From NCBI GenBank assembly GCA_963666275.2, contig CAXXOA010000002.1, positions 1,216,001 to 1,280,000 on the forward strand: a stretch of DNA of 64,000 bases. Direction: 5' to 3'. The position numbers and the translations under genes are program-made. Shown here piece by piece: positions 59,663-64,000 of this stretch. Source of the DNA: Oceanispirochaeta sp. Its GTDB lineage: Bacteria > Spirochaetota > Spirochaetia > DSM-2461. How positions within the stretch are numbered: the first letter of the stretch is position 1; every line of letters starts with the position of its first letter. Under the pieces are notes generated by a model, which saw only the letters and a program-made list of their open reading frames with translations, was not told where the DNA came from and searched no databases.

Positions 59663-62287
59663 TTACTGATAGCTCACAGGTTCGGGGACAGGGAAATCCA
59701 GCCCCCCTGCTGTATGGAGGGTTATGTAATAGGCCGTCCCTTTTTTAAGACCCGCATGGGAAAACCTCTGGTTGTTGATGACAATGGGATCTTCCATCTC
59801 ACCGATGCGGAAACCTTCCATCAGGGCCGCAGAGGATTTTCTGTCGGGAGTCTCAAAGAACTCCAGGGTAACGTCCTCTTTCGGATCCAGATCTTTGACA
59901 ACCAGGGACAGGATGGCGGGATCTCCTGAAGCGGCCCGGTCGCAGTACCAGAAGGATTCCTGAATTTCAGGATAGGTTACCCGGACCGGTTCTCCCGTCA
60001 GAGGGGCTGTGTAGGAGGAATCTATGGTATAGACGAACCAGAGGTCCGAGATCTCATTGGCTTCTCTTGTATCAACGGGACTCCAGGTCAATTCCGCCTT
60101 TCCTCCGTTTACGGGGGCTGTCAGGTTCCCCACAGCTTCTTTCACAAGATCTCCCTGTGAATTGCACTGGTTTATCCGGACTTCCAGAACTGTGCCGTCG
60201 GGTATGTTTTCTGTCCCGCAGAGGATCTTAAGAACCGGCTTTTCCCCTTCTGTCCGGAACTCCCAGCGGGACTCGCGTATTCCCGGCACCGGTCGGGTCC
60301 GGGCCAGAAAGAGCCGGTCCTCTTCTTCTATATGACCGTAGAAGTTCGGGGACACTTCTCCCCGGGAGGGCTTGAGGACCAGGGCGGACTCTCCCAGAGG
60401 ATAGGAGAGGAACTTCCACTTGTCGTTGATTTTTGTCCAGTGGCAGAGGGCTCCCGTCTCGTTGGTAAAAAGGAGCTGCCGCCCGTACCTTTTATCGGTA
60501 ATGGAGAGGCGGGAAATCAGATGATCTCCCGTCTCAATTTCATGGGTCAGTTCATAGCTGTTCCAGTCGAAATAGAGGAGACGTCCGTCCGAGGTCCCCG
60601 CGGCCAGAACAGATGCTTCAGAGGAGAGGTCGGCGGACAGGAGAAAACTGCGATGCCCGAAGTTCCCCAGTTCCGCTGATTCAGCCAGGACTCCCGGGGA
60701 TGTCTCTCTGTAGATTCTGCCGTCCGCCTTGATAAGAAGAAATTTTCCCTCTTCCATGGCGTAATAGATGTCCCGCTTTGTGGAGACAGACTCTTTTCTC
60801 TCCCACACTCTGGTTCGTTCATTCATATCATAGCACTCATAAAAATCATTCCCGTCTGTCAGGAGCAGGTGGGTTTCATCCAGGGAATACAGAGCATCAT
60901 TGCGATAGCCCTTTTCTACAGAAACACTCTCAATCGGACTGTCCTTCTTCTTCCACTGCCAGATTTTCAGACTCTGTTCGGTATTGGTATATTCGTAGCT
61001 CACAAGGGCATCCAGAGCCTCCGAGTAGGCCATCCCCCGGATCTCTCCCTCCGCCTCTCTGCGGTTTTTTTCAGTCATGGAAGATGTATTTACAACCCGC
61101 AGGGATTTTTCGGTTCCCACAAAAAGGGTGTCCTGGGCCTTATTCAGAGAGAGGAAACGGACCGGTTCATCCAACTCATAAATTTTCCGGGGATTGCCGT
61201 TGCTTGTCTGCCAGGACCGGACTGTCTTTCCTCCCTTCTGGGCTGTGAAAAATTGGCCTTTCCTGTCCGCAGATACCATAAGATCGGTCTGTGAAATTTT
61301 TACCTCACCCAGAACCAGGGGGAGGGAATCTTCTGCTGAAGGGTCTGCATAAAAATAGAGATCTCCCCTGGAGGATGTCACAGCCAGGGTTTCCCGGTCG
61401 GGGAAGAAAATCTTTCTCCCACTCTCTGCCAGCAGATCCGGATGGAGTGTATTTACCTCTTTCAGCTCCCTGTCAAAGAGATGGACTGCATCATTTGTGA
61501 CCGCAAAATAGGAGCCGCCGGTGAAGTGAATTTCTCCCCTCAGATCGGAAAAGCGGGTCATCCCCGTGTCAGCCGCGGTGTAATAGAACATGTCCCTGTA
61601 CTCGTTGTTCAGCACCAGATCCTTATCCAGCGGCCAGAGGTAATCTCTATAGCCTATTGCTTCCATACTCAGGTTCCGGACATCCAGGGTACCGTCTGAA
61701 AGGTTGATCCATCCTATGCTCTTTCCGTCGGTAAAAAGAAGCTGATCATCCTTCCTTGTGACATGCCAGTCATGTCCCCAGCTTTCGGGAAAAACTTTAT
61801 CCATTTCCACGAGCCAGATCTTCTCCATGGTTTCCGTATTCAGGGCCAGGACATACTTGTTGTTGATGAGGATCATTTGGGATCCCCATAAAAAAGGTTG
61901 GCATCCGGACAGATAGGTCTGGAAGTGTTCCTTGGACTCTGCCACAGTCAGGCCGCTCGCCACATCCACCTTGAAAATCCTGTCGGAAGAGTCTGTGACA
62001 AGGAGATTTCTCCCGTCTTCGGTCAGAAGAGCGCTGGTAAGGTTCTGTCTGAATGAAAAGGCGTCTATGAGCTCACCCGTCTCCAGGTTCCAGAGTCTGA
62101 TCGTCTTATCCGATGAGGAGGATACCAGTGTGTTCTTCTGACGGGTTACAGAATTGATAGTTCCTGTATGACCTGTTTTCAGAAGGTAGGTATCAAAGAT
62201 ATCCGGATTCTCTGAATCAGCGAAAACAGAAAGCAGACTGGTTAGGGATAGCAGCAGGGGCAGGAGAATTTTCTTTACAAACATCAA
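59663..62287 (-). CDS. Exported WD40/beta-propeller protein with two C-terminal beta-rich modules
   Basis: Signal peptide; 'GHTGTINSV...LVSSSSDKTIRLWNL'; further degenerate blades. Confidence 0.8.
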   Translation of the reverse strand: MMFVKKILLPLLLSLTSLLSVFADSENPDIFDTYLLKTGHTGTINSVTRQKNTLVSSSSDKTIRLWNLETGELIDAFSFRQNLTSALLTEDGRNLLVTDSSDRIFKVDVASGLTVAESKEHFQTYLSGCQPFLWGSQMILINNKYVLALNTETMEKIWLVEMDKVFPESWGHDWHVTRKDDQLLFTDGKSIGWINLSDGTLDVRNLSMEAIGYRDYLWPLDKDLVLNNEYRDMFYYTAADTGMTRFSDLRGEIHFTGGSYFAVTNDAVHLFDRELKEVNTLHPDLLAESGRKIFFPDRETLAVTSSRGDLYFYADPSAEDSLPLVLGEVKISQTDLMVSADRKGQFFTAQKGGKTVRSWQTSNGNPRKIYELDEPVRFLSLNKAQDTLFVGTEKSLRVVNTSSMTEKNRREAEGEIRGMAYSEALDALVSYEYTNTEQSLKIWQWKKKDSPIESVSVEKGYRNDALYSLDETHLLLTDGNDFYECYDMNERTRVWERKESVSTKRDIYYAMEEGKFLLIKADGRIYRETSPGVLAESAELGNFGHRSFLLSADLSSEASVLAAGTSDGRLLYFDWNSYELTHEIETGDHLISRLSITDKRYGRQLLFTNETGALCHWTKINDKWKFLSYPLGESALVLKPSRGEVSPNFYGHIEEEDRLFLARTRPVPGIRESRWEFRTEGEKPVLKILCGTENIPDGTVLEVRINQCNSQGDLVKEAVGNLTAPVNGGKAELTWSPVDTREANEISDLWFVYTIDSSYTAPLTGEPVRVTYPEIQESFWYCDRAASGDPAILSLVVKDLDPKEDVTLEFFETPDRKSSAALMEGFRIGEMEDPIVINNQRFSHAGLKKGTAYYITLHTAGGLDFPVPEPVSYQ

Positions 62288-62302
62288 TACAGTTCCTTTT
62301 TT

Positions 62303-63490
62303 TTATTGTTGTGGCCTGGGCATTCTGATAAGCACATAGGCTCTCTGGGTATTCTGGTCGTAGAAAGATTCGGCAATCTCATAGTCGACAGCTTCTTTCG
62401 ATGATTCTGTGATCCTGTCCTGCAGGACCCGGGTGGAGTCGTCTTCTCTGTCCAGAAACTCCGACTGTACTCTTACATTTATCTGGCTGGACAGGACGGA
62501 GGCGGCAATGGTTTCCGCCATTTTCAGAGCTCCGTTTCTGTCCGGCAGGGTCCGGCATCCCGCAGCATACCACCACTGGGGATCAGAAGGAGGATTTATA
62601 TACCAGTCCGGATAGGATCTGGAGGCCCTGTCCGATTCAGCCCGGCTTTTCAGGGTCACCGTAAAATCCTCATAGGAGGCCTCATTGACCAGAGACATCT
62701 CCTGAGTGTTCAGAACCGTACCGCTGAAGGAGGTCTTCGGCTGTATCTGGCCCTCCCTGGTCTGGGCGAAATCGTCATAGAAGGAGATATTAATACTACC
62801 GTCGGCATTGATTTTTCCTTCTGTCACAATAGCCGCGTTGTGTAGGGCCTGGACAATCGGAGGTGCATCGGTCTGTCCTGTAATAACTTCCGTGGCAATT
62901 TCCAGCGAAGAGAGGAAGGTACCGTCCGGATTGACCATAAGGGGCCAGCCCTCATAGGGGGATCCTTCACTGACTTTGAGTTTCAGAAGCAGGAACCCGT
63001 CCTGAAAAGACGCTGTCATCTCATCTCCCCGGCTGTTCTCAAGCTGATAGACCAGGCTGCTGTCCATGGCTGCCCTATCCCGGCGGCCTGTTTTTTCAAG
63101 GATTCCAGAAAAAATTGTGTATTTCAGCTGACCGTAGTGTTCCAGGTAGCCGGTCCAGCTGAGTTCTCCCGACCGTCTATTGAAAAGGCCTGTCACCGTG
63201 GGGTTTTCCCGGCAGGAAATTTCCCCTTTTCTGCTGATGTCAAAGGAGAGCAGTTCCACAGGGTCCATAAAACTGTCCTCTTCAATATTTATAACCACTC
63301 CTTTATAGGTTTCTACAGTCTGCTGCCGTATATCCAGACCCACAGACGCGTACTGCTGTTCCATTTCGGGAAAGGAAGTGGTTTTAGAATAGTCCAGAAC
63401 ATAGATGCCGTCGGACAGGGCGAAAAGGGGCAGGGACAATCCGCATAAAAGGATCAGGCAACAGGGAAGGGTGTATTTCAGATATCTCAA
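62303..63490 (-). CDS. Exported protein with a C-terminal LPP20-like domain
   Basis: Signal peptide; 'PDWYINPP.D..WWYAAG...A.K.A...A...LS.QI.V.V.S'. Confidence 0.65.
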   Translation of the reverse strand: MRYLKYTLPCCLILLCGLSLPLFALSDGIYVLDYSKTTSFPEMEQQYASVGLDIRQQTVETYKGVVINIEEDSFMDPVELLSFDISRKGEISCRENPTVTGLFNRRSGELSWTGYLEHYGQLKYTIFSGILEKTGRRDRAAMDSSLVYQLENSRGDEMTASFQDGFLLLKLKVSEGSPYEGWPLMVNPDGTFLSSLEIATEVITGQTDAPPIVQALHNAAIVTEGKINADGSINISFYDDFAQTREGQIQPKTSFSGTVLNTQEMSLVNEASYEDFTVTLKSRAESDRASRSYPDWYINPPSDPQWWYAAGCRTLPDRNGALKMAETIAASVLSSQINVRVQSEFLDREDDSTRVLQDRITESSKEAVDYEIAESFYDQNTQRAYVLIRMPRPQQ

Positions 63491-63705
63491 TAGGGTCTCC
63501 AGTATTTTCTTACTCGGTAGATAACTGTATGTTTCACTGCAGAACAGAAATCGTTTTTCTGCAGAAAAAGATAAAACAGGGAATTAATACAAAACAATAA
63601 TTTACGTATAGTGTCAATCGGTTTGAAGGGAAAATGGGTTTGAAGCGGGGTGTGGATTGTATCTTCTGGATTACTGATGAATAATAACCTCAGGAGAATG
63701 AAAAT

Positions 63706-64000
63706 ATGGAAAAAGAATTTGTTGTCATTGCTGAGTTTTTTATTAAGCCAGGCAGCATGGAAAAATTCCTTGAGCTGGCTCTGGAAGATTCGAAAAAGTC
63801 TGTAGGGAATGAAGAAGGCTGTCTGGGATTTGATGTGCTTGTTCCCCGGAACAAGGAAAACGTGGTCATCTTATATGAGACATATAAAAATAAAGAGGCC
63901 TTTGAAGTTCATAAAACCATGCCCCATTACAAACCCTTTGTGGAGGGGATCCCTTCGCTCCTTTCAAAGGAACGGACTGTCCGGTTTCTGTCGGAGTATT
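63706..64000 (+). CDS. ABM/LsrG-like putative quinol monooxygenase; 3' end cut by the window edge (not in the ORF track)
   Basis: Manual translation 'MEKEFVVIAEFFIKPG...NEEGCLGFDV...LYETY.NKEAFEVHK.MPHY'; AGGAG upstream. Confidence 0.85.
   Translation, partial: MEKEFVVIAEFFIKPGSMEKFLELALEDSKKSVGNEEGCLGFDVLVPRNKENVVILYETYKNKEAFEVHKTMPHYKPFVEGIPSLLSKERTVRFLSEY

Overview
Bacterial chromosome segment, most likely from a free-living anaerobic spirochaete (Spirochaetaceae-like). This is inferred from the recurrent 'A/S-x-G-x-Q/K-D/E' signal-peptide junctions of its exported proteins. It holds about 55 intact genes and no rRNA, tRNA, CRISPR or transposase. In order: two cupin/CMD redox cassettes, an M15 peptidase, a two-component pair whose regulator has an internal deletion, two LacI/sugar-ABC clusters (the second a low-GC tagatose-type cassette joined to a high-GC gatZ/kbaZ gene), an arsR-acr3-CoA-disulfide-reductase/rhodanese unit, an MCP, a MerR-controlled flavinylated lipoprotein reductase, a two-DeoR cluster, a sulfate ABC operon with a frameshifted cysA, and an exported LPP20/WD40/ankyrin trio. 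The best candidate for an undescribed system is the DeoR cluster (41.9-52.9 kb): TRAP transporter, glycerophosphodiesterase, a mevalonate-kinase-like enzyme with an altered substrate motif, Ldh_2 dehydrogenase, malic enzyme and glycerol kinase, with helically phased GATC operator arrays at three promoters. Also notable are a promoter/terminator-bounded candidate sRNA at about 7.1 kb, an orphan CueR-like promoter, and several deletion scars, including a VTC::DUF4956 fusion. All family calls come from motif recognition by eye; no searches were run.
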